Source of the DNA: Eledone cirrhosa
Lineage: Eukaryota
Assembly (NCBI GenBank): GCA_964016885.1
Contig: OZ024744.1
Location: 22,940,001 to 23,004,000 of the forward strand
DNA: 64,000 nucleotides
Direction: 5' to 3'
The number at the start of each line of letters is the position of its first letter. Within the stretch, counting starts at the first letter, position 1. Positions 43,291 through 58,099 of the stretch are shown here, piece by piece. Both the position numbers and the translations under genes were made by a program. Below the pieces are notes generated by a model that was given only the letters and a program-made list of their open reading frames with translations, was not told the origin of the DNA and searched no databases.

Positions 43291-46200
43291 CTTAAGATTC
43301 AGCTGTTGTTAAAACGAATCAGTTCTTAAGATTCAACTGTTGTTAAAACGAGTTTTATTTGAAGATTCAACTGTTGTTAAGATGAGTCAGTTCTTAAGGT
43401 TGAACTGTTGATAAAACGAGTCAGTTCTTAAGATTCAACTGTTGTAAAACGAGTTTTATCTTAAGATTCAGCTGTTGTTAAAACGAGTCAGTTCTTAAGA
43501 TTCAACTGTTGTTAAAACGAGTTTTATCTTAAGATTCAACTGTTGTTAAAACGAATCAGTTCTTAAGATTCAACTGTTGTTAAAACGAGTTTTATCTTAA
43601 GATTCAACTGTTGTTAAAACGAGTCAGTTCTTAAGATTCAACTGTTGTTAAAACGAGTTTTATTTGAGGATTCAACTGTTGTTAAAACGAGTCAGTTCTT
43701 AAGGTTGAACTGTTGATAAAACGAGTCAGTTCTTAAGATTCAACTGTTGTTAAAACGAGTTTTATCTAAAGATTCAGCTGTTGTTAAAATGAGTCAGTTG
43801 TTATGATTCAACTGTTGTTAAAACGAGTTTTATCTTAAGATTCAACTGTTGTTAAAACGAGTCAGTTCTGAAGAATCGACTGTTGTTAAAACGAGTTTTA
43901 TTTGAAGATTCAACTGTTGTTAAAACGAGTCAGTTCGTAAGGTTGAACTGTTGATAAAACGAGTCAGTTCTTAAGATTCAACTGTTGTTAAAACGAGTTT
44001 TATCTTAAGATTCAGCTGTTGTTAAAACGAGTCAGTTCTTAAGATTCAACTGTTGTTAAAACGAGTTTTATCTTAAGATTCAACTGTTGTTAAAACGAAT
44101 CAGTTCTTAAGATTCAAGTGTTGTTAAAATGAGTCAGTTCTTAAGATTCAACTGTTGTTAAAACGAGTTTTATCTTAAGATTCAACTGTTGTTAAAACGA
44201 GTTTTATCTTAAGATTCAGCTGTTGTTAAAATGAGTCAGTTCTTAAGATTCAACTGTTGTTAAAACGAGTTTTATCTTAAGATTCAACTGTTGTTAAAAC
44301 GAGTCAGTTCTTAAGATTCAACTGTTGTTAAAACGAATTTTATTTGAAGATTCAACTGTTGTTAAGATGAGTCAGTTCTTAAGGTTGAACTGTTGATAAA
44401 ACGAGTCAGTTCTTAAGATTCAACTGTTGTAAAACGAGTTTTATCTTAAGATTTAGCTGTTGTTAAAACGAGTCAGTTCTTAAGATTCAACTGTTGTTAA
44501 AACGAGTTTATCTTAAAATTCAGCCGTTGTTAAAACGAGTCAGTTCTTAAGATTCAACTGTTGTTAAAACGAGTTTTATCTTAAGATTCAACTGTTGTTA
44601 AAATGAGTCAGTTCTTAAGATTCAACTGTTGTTAAAACGAGTTTTATTTGAGGATTCAACTGTTGTTAAAACGAGTCAGTTCTTAAGGTTGAACTGTTGA
44701 TAAAACGAGTCAGTTCTTAAGATTCAACTGTTGTTAAAACGAGTTTTATCTACAGATTCAGCTGTTGTTAAAATGAGTCAGTTCTTAAGATTCAACTGTT
44801 GTTAAAACGAGTTTTATCTTAAGATTCATCTGTTGTTAAAACGAGTCAGTTCTGAAGAATCAACTGTTGTTAAAACGAGTTTTATTTGAAGATTCAACTG
44901 TTGTTAAAACGAGTCAGTGCTTAAGGTTGAACTGTTGATAAAACGAGTCAGTTCTTAAGATTCAACTGTTGTTAAAACGAGTTTTATCTTAAGATTCAGC
45001 TGTTGTTAAAACGAGTCAGTTCTTAAGATTCAACTGTTGTTAATACGAATTTTATCTTAAGATTCAACTGTTGTTAAAACGAGTTTTATCTTAAGATTCA
45101 GCTGTTGTTAAAACGAATCAGTTCTTAAGATTCAACTGTTGTTAAAACGAGTTTTATTTGAAGATTCAACTGTTGTTAAGATGAGTCAGTTCTTAAGGTT
45201 GAACTGTTGATAAAACGAGTCAGTTCTTAAGATTCAACTGTTGTAAAACGAGTTTTATCTTAAGATTCAGCTGTTGTTAAAACGAGTCAGTTCTTAAGAT
45301 TCAACTGTTGTTAAAACGAGTTTTATCTTAAGATTCAACTGTTGTTAAAACGAATCAGTTCTTAAGATTCAACTGTTGTTAAAATGAGTCAGTTCTTAAG
45401 ATTCAACTGTTGTTAAAACGAGTTTTATCTTAAGATTCAACTGTTGTTAAAACGAGTCAGTTCTTAAGATTCAACTGTTGTTAAAACGAGTTTTATTTGA
45501 GGATTCAACTGTTGTTAAAACGAGTCAGTTCTTAAGGTTGAACTGTTGATAAAACGAGTCAGTTCTTAAGATTCAACTGTTGTTAAAACGAGTTTTATCT
45601 AAAGATTCAGCTGTTGTTAAAATGAGTCAGTTCTTATGATTCAACTGTTGTTAAAACGAGTTTTATCTTAAGATTCAACTGTTGTTAAAACGAGTCAGTT
45701 CTGAAGAATCGACTGTTGTTAAAACGAGTTTTATTTGAAGATTCAACTGTTGTTAAAACGAGTCAGTTCTTAAGGTTGAACTGTTGATAAAACGAGTCAG
45801 TTCTTAAGATTCAACTGTTGTTAAAACGAGTTTTATCTTAAGATTCAGCTGTTGTTAAAACGAGTCAGTTCTTAAGATTCAACTGTTGTTAAAACGAGTT
45901 TTATCTTAAGATTCAACTGTTGTTAAAACGAATCAGTTCTTAAGATTCAACTGTTGTTAAAATGAGTCAGTTCTTAAGATTCAACTGTTGTTAAAACGAG
46001 TTTTATCTTAAGATTCAACTGTTGTTAAAACGAGTCAGTTCTTAAGATTCAACTGTTGTTAAAACGAGTTTTATTTGAGGATTCAACTGTTGTTAAAACG
46101 AGTCAGTTCTTAAGGTTGAACTGTTGATAAAACGAGGCACTTCTTAAGATTCAACTGTTGTTAAAACGAGTTTATCTTAAAATTCAGCCGTTGTTAAAAC

Positions 46201-48249
46201 GAGTCAGTTCTTAAGATTCAACTGTTGTTAAAACGAGTTTTATCTTAAGATTCAACTGTTGTTAAAATGAGTCAGTTCTTAAGATTCAACTGTTGTTAAA
46301 ACGAGTTTTATTTGAGGATTCAACTGTTGTTAAAACGAGTCAGTTCTTAAGGTTGAACTGTTGATAAAACGAGTCAGTTCTTAAGATTCAACTGTTGTTA
46401 AAACGAGTTTTATCTAAAGATTCAGCTGTTGTTAAAATGAGTCAGTTCTTAAGATTCAACTGTTGTTAAAACGAGTTTTATCTTAAGATTCAACTGTTGT
46501 TAAAACGAGTCAGTTCTGAAGAATCAACTGTTGTTAAAACGAGTTTTATTTGAAGATTCAACTGTTGTTAAAACGAGTCAGTGCTTAAGGTTGAACTGTT
46601 GATAAAACGAGGCACTTCTTAAGATTCAACTGTTGTTAAAACGAGTTTTATCTTAAGATTCAGCTGTTGTTAAAACGAGTCAGTTCTTAAGATTCAACTG
46701 TTGTTAAAACGAATTTTATCTTAAGATTCAACTGTTGTTAAAACGAGTTTTATCTTAAGATTCAGCTGTTGTTAAAACGAATCAGTTCTTAAGATTCACC
46801 TGTTGTTAAAACGAGTGTTATCTTAAGATTCATCTGTTGTTAAAACGAGTCAGTTCTGAAGAATCAACTGTTGTTAAAACGAGTTTTATTTGAAGATTCA
46901 ACTGTTGTTAAAACGAGTCAGTGCTTAAGGTTGAACTGTTGATAAAACGAGTCAGTTCTTAAGATTCAACTGTTGTTACAACGAGTTTTATCTTAAGATT
47001 CAGCTGTTGTTAAAACGAGTCAGTTCTTAAGATTCAACTGTTGTTAAAACGAATTTTATCTTAAGATGCAACTGTTGTTAAAACGAGTTTTATCTTAAGA
47101 TTCAGCTGTTGTTAAAACGAATCAATTCTTAAGATTCAACTGTTGTTAAAACGAGTTTTATTTGAAGATTCAACTGTTGTTAAGATGAGTCAGTTCTTAA
47201 GGTTGAACTGTTGATAAAACGAGTCAGTTCTTAAGATTCAACTGTTGTAAAACGAGTTTTATCTTAAGATTCAACTGTTGTTAAAACGAATCAGTTCTTA
47301 AGATTCAACTGTTGTTAAAATGAGTCAGTTCTTAAGATTCAACTGTTGTTAAAACGAGTTTTATCTTAAGATTCAACTGTTGTTAAAACGAGTCAGTTCT
47401 TAAGATTCAACTGTAGTTAAAACGAGTTTTATCTGAAGATTCAACTGTTGTTAAAACGAATCAGTTCTTAAGATTCAACTGTTGTTAAAGTGAGTCAGTT
47501 CTTAAGATTCAACTGTTGTTAAAGCGAGTTTTATCTTAAGATTCAACTGTTGTTAAAACGAGTCAGTTCTTAAGGTTGAACTGTTGTTAAAACGAGTCAG
47601 TTCTTAAGATTCAACTGTTGTTAAAACGAGTTTTATCTTAAGATTCAACTGTTGTTAAAATGAGTCAGTTCTTAAGATTCAACCGTTGTTAAAACGAGTT
47701 TTATCTTAAGATTCAACTGTTGTTAAAACGAGTCAGTTCTTAAGATTCAACTGTTGTTAAAACGAGTTTATCTTAAAATTCAGCCGTTGTTAAAACGAGT
47801 CAGTTCTTAAGATTCAACTGTTGTTAAAACGAGTTTTATCTTAAGATTCAACTGTTGTTAAAATGAGTCAGTTCTTAAGATTCAACTGTTGTTAAAACGA
47901 GTTTTATTTGAGGATTCAACTGTTGTTAAAACGAGTCAGTTCTTAAGGTTGAACTGTTGATAAAACGAGTCAGTTCTTAAGATTCAACTGTTGTTAAAAC
48001 GAGTCAGTTCTGAAGAATCAACTGTTGTTAAAACGAGTTTTATTTGAAGATTCAACTGTTGTTAAAACGAGTCAGTGCTTAAGGTTGAACTGTTGATAAA
48101 ACGAGTCAGTTCTTAAGATTCAACTGTTGTTAAAACGAGTTTTATCTTAAGATTCAGCTGTTGTTAAAACGAGTCAGTTCTTAAGATTCAACTGTTGTTA
48201 AAACGAATTTTATCTTAAGATTCAACTGTTGTTAAAACGAGTTTTATCT

Positions 48250-51200
48250 TAAGATTCAGCTGTTGTTAAAACGAATCAGTTCTTAAGATTCAACTGTTGT
48301 TAAAACGAGTTTTATTTGAAGATTCAACTGTTGTAAAACGAGTTTTATCTTAAGATTCAGCTGTTGTTAAAACGAGTCAGTTCTTAAGATTCAACTGTTG
48401 TTAAAACGAGTTTTATCTTAAGATTCAACTGTTGTTAAAACGAATCAGTTCTTAAGATTCAACTGTTGTTAAAATGAGTCAGTTCTTAAGATTCAACTGT
48501 TGTTAAAACGAGTTTTATCTTAAGATTCAACTGTTGTTAAAACGAGTCAGTTCTTAAGATTCAACTGTAGTTAAAACGAGTTTTATCTGAAGATTCAACT
48601 GTTGTTAAAACGAATCAGTTCTTAAGATTCAACTGTTGTTAAAATGAGTCAGTTCTTAAGATTCAACTGTTGTTAAAACGAGTTTTATCTTAAGATTCAA
48701 CTGTTCTTAAAACGAGTCAGTTCTTAAGATTGAACTGTTGTTAAAACGAGTCAGTTCTTAAGATTCAACTGTTGTTAAAACGAGTTTATCTTAAAATTCA
48801 GCCGTTGTTAAAACGAGTCAGTTCTTAAGATTCAACTGTTGTTAAAACGAGTTTTATCTTAAGATTCAACTGTTGTTAAAATGAGTCAGTTCTTAAGATT
48901 CAACTGTTGTTAAAACGAGTTTTATTTGAGGATTCAACTGTTGTTAAAACGAGTCTGTTCTTAAGGTTGAACTGTTGATAAAACGAGTCAGTTCTTAAGA
49001 TTCAACTGTTGTTAAAACGAGTTTTATCTAAAGATTCAGCTGTTGTTAAAATGAGTCAGTTCTTAAGATTCAACTGTTGTTAAAACGAGTTTTATCTTAA
49101 GATTCAACTGTTGTTAAAACGAGTCAGTTCTGAAGAATCAACTGTTGTTAAAACGAGTTTTATTTGAAGATTCAACTGTTGTTAAAACGAGTCAGTGCTT
49201 AAGGTTGAACTGTTGATAAAACGAGGCAGTTCTTAAGATTCAACTGTTGTTAAAACGAGTTTTATCTTAAGATTCAGCTGTTGTTAAAACGAGTCAGTTC
49301 TTAAGATTCAACTGTTGTTAAAACGAATTTTATCTTAAGATTCAACTGTTGTTAAAACGAGTTTTATCTTAAGATTCAGCTGTTGTTAAAACGAATCAGT
49401 TCTTAAGATTCAACTGTTGTTAAAACGAGTTTTATCTTAAGATTCAACTGTTGTTAAAACGAATCAGTTCTTAAGATTCAACTGTTGTTAAAACGAGTGT
49501 TATCTTAAGATTCATCTGTTGTTAAAACGAGTCAGTTCTGAAGAATCAACTGTTGTTAAAACGAGTTTTATTTGAAGATTCAACTGTTGTTAAAACGAGT
49601 CAGTGCTTAAGGTTGAACTGTTGATAAAACGAGTCAGTTCTTAAGATTCAACTGTTGTTACAACGAGTTTTATCTTAAGATTCAGCTGTTGTTAAAACGA
49701 GTCAGTTCTTAAGATTCAACTGTTGTTAAAACGAATTTTATCTTAAGATTCAACTGTTGTTAAAACGAGTTTTATCTTAAGATTCAGCTGTTGTTAAAAC
49801 GAATCAATTCTTAAGATTCAACTGTTGTTAAAACGAGTCAGTTCTTAAGATTCAACTGTTGTTAAAACGAGTTTTATTTGAAGATTCAACTGTTGTTAAG
49901 ATGAGTCAGTTCTTAAGGTTGAACTGTTGATAAAACGAGTCAGTTCTTAAGATTCAACTGTTGTAAAACGAGTTATATCTTAAGATTCAACTGTTGTTAA
50001 AACGAATCAGTTCTTAAGATTCAACTGTTGTTAAAATGAGTCAGTTCTTAAGATTCAACTGTTGTTAAAACGAGTCAGTTCTGAAGAATCAACTGTTGTT
50101 AAAACGAGTTTTATTTGAAGATTCAACTGTTGTTAAAACGAGTCAGTGCTTAAGGTTGAACTGTTGATAAAACGAGTCAGTTCTTAAGATTCAACTGTTG
50201 TTAAAACGAGTTTTATCTTAAGATTCAGCTGTTGTTAAAACGAGTCAGTTCTTAAGATTCAACTGTTGTTAAAACGAATTTTATCTTAAGATTCAACTGT
50301 TGTTAAAACGAGTTTTATCTTAAGATTCAGCTGTTGTTAAAACGAATCAGTTCTTAAGATTCAACTGTTGTTAAAACGAGTTTTATTTGAAGATTCAACT
50401 GTTGTAAAACGAGTTTTATCTTAAGATTCAGCTGTTGTTAAAACGAGTCAGTTCTTAAGATTCAACTGTTGTTAAAACGAGTTTTATCTTAAGATTCAAC
50501 TGTTGTTAAAACGAATCAGTTCTTAAGATTCAACTGTTGTTAAAATGAGTCAGTTCTTAAGATTCAACTGTTGTTAAAACGAGTTTTATCTTAAGATTCA
50601 ACTGTTGTTAAAACGAGTCAGTTCTTAAGATTCAACTGTAGTTAAAACGAGTTTTATCTGAAGATTCAACTGTTGTTAAAACGAATCAGTTCTTAAGATT
50701 CAACTGTTGTTAAAATGAGTCAGTTCTTAAGATTCAACTGTTGTTAAAACGAGTTTTATCTTAAGATTCAACTGTTCTTAAAACGAGTCAGTTCTTAAGA
50801 TTGAACTGTTGTTAAAACGAATCAGTTCTTAAGATTCAACTGTTGTTAAAACGAGTGTTATCTTAAGATTCATCTGTTGTTAAAACGAGTCAGTTCTGAA
50901 GAATCAACTGTTGTTAAAACGAGTTTTATTTGAAGATTCAACTGTTGTTAAAACGAGTCAGTGCTTAAGGTTGAACTGTTGATAAAACGAGTCAGTTCTT
51001 AAGATTCAACTGTTGTTACAACGAGTTTTATCTTAAGATTCAGCTGTTGTTAAAACGAGTCAGTTCTTAAGATTCAACTGTTGTTAAAACGAATTTTATC
51101 TTAAGATTCAACTGTTGTTAAAACGAGTTTTATCTTAAGATTCAGCTGTTGTTAAAACGAATCAATTCTTAAGATTCAACTGTTGTTAAAACGAGTCAGT

Positions 51201-53090
51201 TCTTAAGATTCAACTGTTGTTAAAACGAGTTTTATTTGAAGATTCAACTGTTGTTAAGATGAGTCAGTTCTTAAGGTTGAACTGTTGATAAAACGAGTCA
51301 GTTCTTAAGATTCAACTGTTGTTAAAACGAGTTTTATCTTAAGATTCAGCTGTTGTTAAAACGAATCAGTTCTTAAGATTCAACTGTTGTTAAAACGAGT
51401 TTTATTTGAAGATTCAACTGTTGTAAAACGAGTTTTATCTTAAGATTCAGCTGTTGTTAAAACGAGTCAGTTCTTAAGATTCAACTGTTGTTAAAACGAG
51501 TTTTATCTTAAGATTCAACTGTTGTTAAAACGAATCAGTTCTTAAGATTCAACTGTTGTTAAAATGAGTCAGTTCTTAAGATTCAACTGTTGTTAAAACG
51601 AGTTTTATCTTAAGATTCAACTGTTGTTAAAACGAGTCAGTTCTTAAGATTCAACTGTAGTTAAAACGAGTTTTATCTGAAGATTCAACTGTTGTTAAAA
51701 CGAATCAGTTCTTAAGATTCAACTGTTGTTAAAATGAGTCAGTTCTTAAGATTCAACTGTTGTTAAAACGAGTTTTATCTTAAGATTCAACTGTTCTTAA
51801 AACGAGTCAGTTCTTAAGATTGAACTGTTGTTAAAACGAGTCAGTTCTTAAGATTCAACTGTTGTTAAAACGAGTTTATCTTAAAATTCAGCCGTTGTTA
51901 AAACGAGTCAGTTCTTAAGATTCAACTGTTGTTAAAACGAGTTTTATCTTAAGATTCAACTGTTGTTAAAATGAGTCAGTTCTTAAGATTCAACTGTTGT
52001 TAAAACGAGTTTTATTTGAGGATTCAACTGTTGTTAAAACGAGTCTGTTCTTAAGGTTGAACTGTTGATAAAACGAGTCAGTTCTTAAGATTCAACTGTT
52101 GTTAAAACGAGTTTTATCTAAATATTCAGCTGTTGTTAAAATGAGTCAGTTCTTAAGATTCAACTGTTGTTAAAACGAGTTTTATCTTAAGATTCAACTG
52201 TTGTTAAAACGAGTCAGTTCTGAAGAATCAACTGTTGTTAAAACGAGTTTTATTTGAAGATTCAACTGTTGTTAAAACGAGTCAGTGCTTAAGGTTGAAC
52301 TGTTGATAAAACGAGGCAGTTCTTAAGATTCAACTGTTGTTAAAACGAGTTTTATCTTAAGATTCAGCTGTTGTTAAAACGAGTCAGTTCTTAAGATTCA
52401 ACTGTTGTTAAAACGAATTTTATCTTAAGATTCAACTGTTGTTAAAACGAGTTTTATCTTAAGATTCAGCTGTTGTTAAAACGAATCAGTTCTTAAGATT
52501 CAACTGTTGTTAAAACGAGTTTTATCTTAAGATTCAACTGTTGTTAAAACGAATCAGTTCTTAAGATTCAACTGTTGTTAAAACGAGTGTTATCTTAAGA
52601 TTCATCTGTTGTTAAAACGAGTCAGTTCTGAAGAATCAACTGTTGTTAAAACGAGTTTTATTTGAAGATTCAACTGTTGTTAAAACGAGTCAGTGCTTAA
52701 GGTTGAACTGTTGATAAAACGAGTCAGTTCTTAAGATTCAACTGTTGTTACAACGAGTTTTATCTTAAGATTCAGCTGTTGTTAAAACGAGTCAGTTCTT
52801 AAGATTCAACTGTTGTTAAAACGAATTTTATCTTAAGATTCAACTGTTGTTAAAACGAGTTTTATCTTAAGATTCAGCTGTTGTTAAAACGAATCAATTC
52901 TTAAGATTCAACTGTTGTTAAAACGAGTCAGTTCTTAAGATTCAACTGTTGTTAAAACGAGTTTTATTTGAAGATTCAACTGTTGTTAAGATGAGTCAGT
53001 TCTTAAGGTTGAACTGTTGATAAAACGAGTCAGTTCTTAAGATTCAACTGTTGTAAAACGAGTTATATCTTAAGATTCAACTGTTGTTAA
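48250..53090 (+). repeat. Nested duplications including a block at offset 3,090 bp (91 monomers)
   Basis: AGTTATATCT occurs at 49971/53061. The GTTCTTAAAAC followed by GATTGAAC combination occurs three times (~48.7, ~50.8, ~51.8 kb). Confidence 0.7.
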
Positions 53091-56000
53091 AACGAATCAG
53101 TTCTTAAGATTCAACTGTTGTTAAAATGAGTCAGTTCTTAAGATTCAACTGTTATTAAAACGAGTTTTATCTTAAGATTCAACTGTTGTTAAAATGAGTC
53201 AGTTCTTAAGATTCAACTGTAGTTAAAACGAGTTTTATCTGAAGATTCAACTGTTGTTAAAACGAATCAGTTCTTAAGATTCAACTGTTGTTAAAGTGAG
53301 TCAGTTCTTAAGATTCAACTGTTGTTAAAGCGAGTTTTATCTTAAGATTCAACTGTTGTTAAAACGAGTCAGTTCTTAAGGTTGAACTGTTGTTAAAACG
53401 AGTCAGTTCTTAAGATTCAACTGTTGTTAAAACGAGTTTTATCTTAAGATTCAACTGTTGTTAAAATGAGTCAGTTCTTCAGATTCAACCGTTGTTAAAA
53501 CGAGTTTTATCTTAAGATTCAACTGTTGTTAAAACGAGTCAGTTCTTAAGATTCAACTGTTTTTAAAACGAGTTTTATTTGAAGATTCAACTGTTGTTAA
53601 AACGAGTCAGTGCTTAAGGTTGAACTGTTGATAAAACGAGTCAGTTCTTAAGATTCAACTGTTGTTAAAAAGAGTTTTATCTTAAGATTCAGCTGTTGTT
53701 AAAACGAGTCAGTTCTTAAGATTCAACTGTTGTTAAAACGAATTTTATCTTAAGATTCAACTGTTGTTAAAACGAGTTTTATCTTAAGATTCAGCTGTTG
53801 TTAAAACGAATCAGTTCTTAAGATTCAACTGTTGTTAAAACGAATTTTATTTGAAGATTCAACTGTTGTTAAGATGAGTCAGTTCTTAAGGTTGAACTGT
53901 TGATAAAACGAGTCAGTTCTTAAGATTCAACTGTTGTTAAAACGAGTTTTATCTTAAGATGTAGCTGTTGTTAAAACGAGTCAGTTCTTAAGATTCAACT
54001 GTTGTTAAAACGAGTTTATCTTAAAATTCAGCCGTTGTTAAAACGAGTCAGTTCTTAAGATTCAACTGTTGTTAAAACGAGTTTTATCTTAAGATTCAAC
54101 TGTTGTTAAAATGAGTCAGTTCTTAAGATTCAACTGTTGTTAAAACGAGTTTTATTTGAGGATTCAACTGTTGTTAAAACGAGTCAGTTCTTAAGGTTGA
54201 ACTGTTGATAAAACGAGTCAGTTCTTAAGATTCAACTGTTGTTAAAACGAGTCAGTTCTGAAGAATCAACTGTTGTTAAAACGAGTTTTATTTGAAGAGT
54301 CAACTGTTGTTAAAACAAGTCAGTGCTTAAGGTTGAACTGCTGATAAAACGAGTCAGTTCTTAAGATTCAACTGTTGTTAAAACGAGTTTTATCTTAAGA
54401 TTCAGCTGTTGTTAAAACGAGTCAGTTCTTAAGATTCAACTGTTGTTAAAACGAATTTTATCTTAAGATTCAACTGTTGTTAAAACGAGTTTTATCTTAA
54501 GATTCAGCTGTTGTTAAAACGAATCAGTTCTTAAGATTCAACTGTTGTTAAAACGAGTTTTATTTGAAGATTCAACTGTTGTAAAACGAGTTTTATCTTA
54601 AGATTCAGCTGTTGTTAAAACGAGTCAGTTCTTAAGATTCAACTGTTGTTAAAACGAGTTTTATCTTAAGATTCAACTGTTGTTAAAACGAATCAGTTCT
54701 TAAGATTCAACTGTTGTTAAAATGAGTCAGTTCTTAAGATTCAACTGTTGTTAAAACGAGTTTTATCTTAAGATTCAACTGTTGTTAAAACGAGTCAGTT
54801 CTTAAGATTCAACTGTAGTTAAAACGAGTTTTATCTGAAGATTCAACTGTTGTTAAAACGAATCAGTTCTTAAGATTCAACTGTTGTTAAAATGAGTCAG
54901 TTCTTAAGATTCAACTGTTGTTAAAACGAGTTTTATCTTAAGATTCAACTGTTCTTAAAACGAGTCAGTTCTTAAGGTTGAACTGTTGTTAAAACGAGTC
55001 AGTTCTTAAGATTCAACTGTTGTTAAAACGAATTTTATTTGAAGATTCAACTGTTGTTAAGATGAGTCAGTTCTTAAGGTTGAACTGTTGATAAAACGAG
55101 TCAGTTCTTAAGATTCAACTGTTGTTAAAACGAGTTTTATCTTAAGATTTAGCTGTTGTTAAAACGAGTCAGTTCTTAAGATTCAACTGTTGTTAAAACG
55201 AGTTTATCTTAAAATTCAGCCGTTGTTAAAACGAGTCAGTTCTTAAGATTCAACTGTTGTTAAAACGGGTTTTATCTTAAGATTCAACTGTTGTTAAAAT
55301 GAGTCAGTTCTTAAGATTCAACTGTTGTTAAAACGAGTTTTATTTGAGGATTCAACTGTTGTTAAAACGAGTCTGTTCTTAAGGTTGAACTGTTGATAAA
55401 ACGAGTCAGTTCTTAAGATTCAACTGTTGTTAAAACGAGTTTTATCTAAAGATTCAGCTGTTGTTAAAATGAGTCAGTTCTTAAGATTCAACTGTTGTTA
55501 AAACGAGTTTTATCTTAAGATTCAACTGTTGTTAAAACGAGTCAGTTCTGAAGAATCAACTGTTGTTAAAACGAGTTTTATTTGAAGATTCAACTGTTGT
55601 TAAAACGAGTCAGTGCTTAAGGTTGAACTGTTGATAAAACGAGGCAGTTCTTAAGATTCAACTGTTGTTAAAACGAGTTTTATCTTAAGATTCAGCTGTT
55701 GTTAAAACGAGTCAGTTCTTAAGATTCAACTGTTGTTAAAACGAATTTTATCTTAAGATTCAACTGTTGTTAAAACGAGTTTTATCTTAAGATTCAGCTG
55801 TTGTTAAAACGAATCAGTTCTTAAGATTCAACTGTTGTTAAAACGAGTTTTATCTTAAGATTCAACTGTTGTTAAAACGAATCAGTTCTTAAGATTCAAC
55901 TGTTGTTAAAACGAGTGTTATCTTAAGATTCATCTGTTGTTAAAACGAGTCAGTTCTGAAGAATCAACTATTGTTAAAACGAGTTTTATTTGAAGATTCA

Positions 56001-58099
56001 ACTGTTGTTAAAACGAGTCAGTGCTTAAGGTTGAACTGTTGATAAAACGAGTCAGTTCTTAAGATTCAACTGTTGTTACAACGAGTTTTATCTTAAGATT
56101 CAGCTGTTGTTAAAACGAGTCAGTTCTTAAGATTCAACTGTTGTTAAAACGAATTTTATCTTAAGATTCAACTGTTGTTAAAACGAGTTTTATCTTAAGA
56201 TTCAACTGTATTTAAAACGAGTCAGTTCTTAAGATTCAACTGTTGTTAAAACGAGTTTTATTTGAGGATTCAACTGTTGTTAAAACGAGTCAGTTCTTAA
56301 GGTTGAACTGTTGATAAAACGAGTCAGTTCTTAAGATTCAACTGTTGTTAAAACGAGTTTTATCTAAAGATTCAGCTGTTGTTAAGATGAGTCAGTTCTT
56401 ATGATTCAACTGTTGTTAAAACGAGTTTTATCTTAAGATTCTACTGTTGTTAAAACGAGTCAGTTCTGAAGAATCGACTGTTGTTAAAACGAGTTTTATT
56501 TGAAGATTTAACTGTTGTTAAAACGAGTCAGTGCTTAAGGTTGAACTGTTGATAAAACGAGTCAGTTCTTAAGATTCAACTGTTGTTAAAACGAGTTTTA
56601 TCTTAAGATGTAGCTGTTGTTAAAACGAGTCAGTTCTTAAGATTCAACTGTTGTTAAAACGAGTTTATCTTAAAAACCAGCCGTTGTTAAAACGAGTCAG
56701 TTCTTAAGATTCAACTGTTGTTAAAACGAGTTTTATCTTAAGATTCAGCTGTTGTTAAAACGAATCAGTTCTTAAGATTCAACTGTTGTTAAAACGAATT
56801 TTATTTGAAGATTCAACTGTTGTTAAGATGAGTCAGTTCTTAAGGTTGAACTGTTGATAAAACGAGTCAGTTCTTAAGATTCAACTGTTGTTAAAACGAG
56901 TTTTATCTTAAGATGTAGCTGTTGTTAAAACGAGTCAGTTCTTAAGATTCAACTGTTGTTAAAACGAGTTTATCTTAAAATTCAGCCGTTGTTAAAACGA
57001 GTCAGTTCTTAAGATTCAACTGTTATTAAAACGAGTTTTATCTTAAGATTCAACTGTTGTTAAAATGAGTCAGTTCTTAAGATTCAACTGTTGTTTAAAC
57101 GAGTTTTATTTGAGGATTCAACTGTTGTTAAAACGAGTCAGTTCTTAAGGTTGAACTGTTGATAAAACGAGTCAGTTCTTAAGATTCAACTGTTGTTAAA
57201 ACGAGTTTTATCTAAAGATTCAGCTGTTGTTAAAATGAGTCAGTTCTTAAGATTCAACTGTTGTTAAAACGAGTTTTATCTTAAGATTCAACTGTTGTTA
57301 AAACGAGTCAGTTCTGAAGAATCAACTGTTGTTAAAACGAGTTTTATTTGAAGATTCAACTGTTGTTAAAACGAGTCAGTGCTTAAGGTTGAACTGTTGA
57401 TAAAACGAGTCAGTTCTTAAGATTCAACTGTTGTTAAAACGAGTTTTATCTTAAGATTCAGCTGTTGTTAAAACGAGTCAGTTCTTAAGATTCAACTGTT
57501 GTTAAAACGAATTTTATCTTAAGATTCAACTGTTGTTAAAACGAGTTTTATCTTAAGATTCAGTTGTTGTTAAAACGAATCAGTTCTTAAGATTCAACTG
57601 TTGTTAAAACGAGTTTTATCTTAAGATTCAACTGTTGTTAAAACGAATCAGTTCTTAAGATTCAACTGTTGTTAAAACGAGTGTTATCTTAAGATTCATC
57701 TGTTGTTAAAACGAGTCAGTTCTGAAGAATCAACTGTTGTTAAAACGAGTTTTATTTGAAGATTCAACTGTTGTTAAAACGAGTCAGTGCTTAAGGTTGA
57801 ACTGTTGATAAAACGAGTAAGTTCTTAAGATTCAACTGTTGTTAAAACGAGTTTTATCTTAAGAATCAGCTGTTGTTAAAACGAGTCAGTTCTTAAGATT
57901 CAACTGTTGTTAAAACGAATTTTATCTTAAGATTCAACTGTTGTTAAAACGAGTTTTATCTTAAGATTCAGCTGTTGTTAAAACGAATCAGTTCTTAAGA
58001 TTCAACTGTTGTTAAAACGAGTTTTATTTGAAGATTCAACTGTTGTTAAGATGAGTCAGTTCTTAAGGTTGAACTCTTGATAAAACGAGTCAGTTCTTA

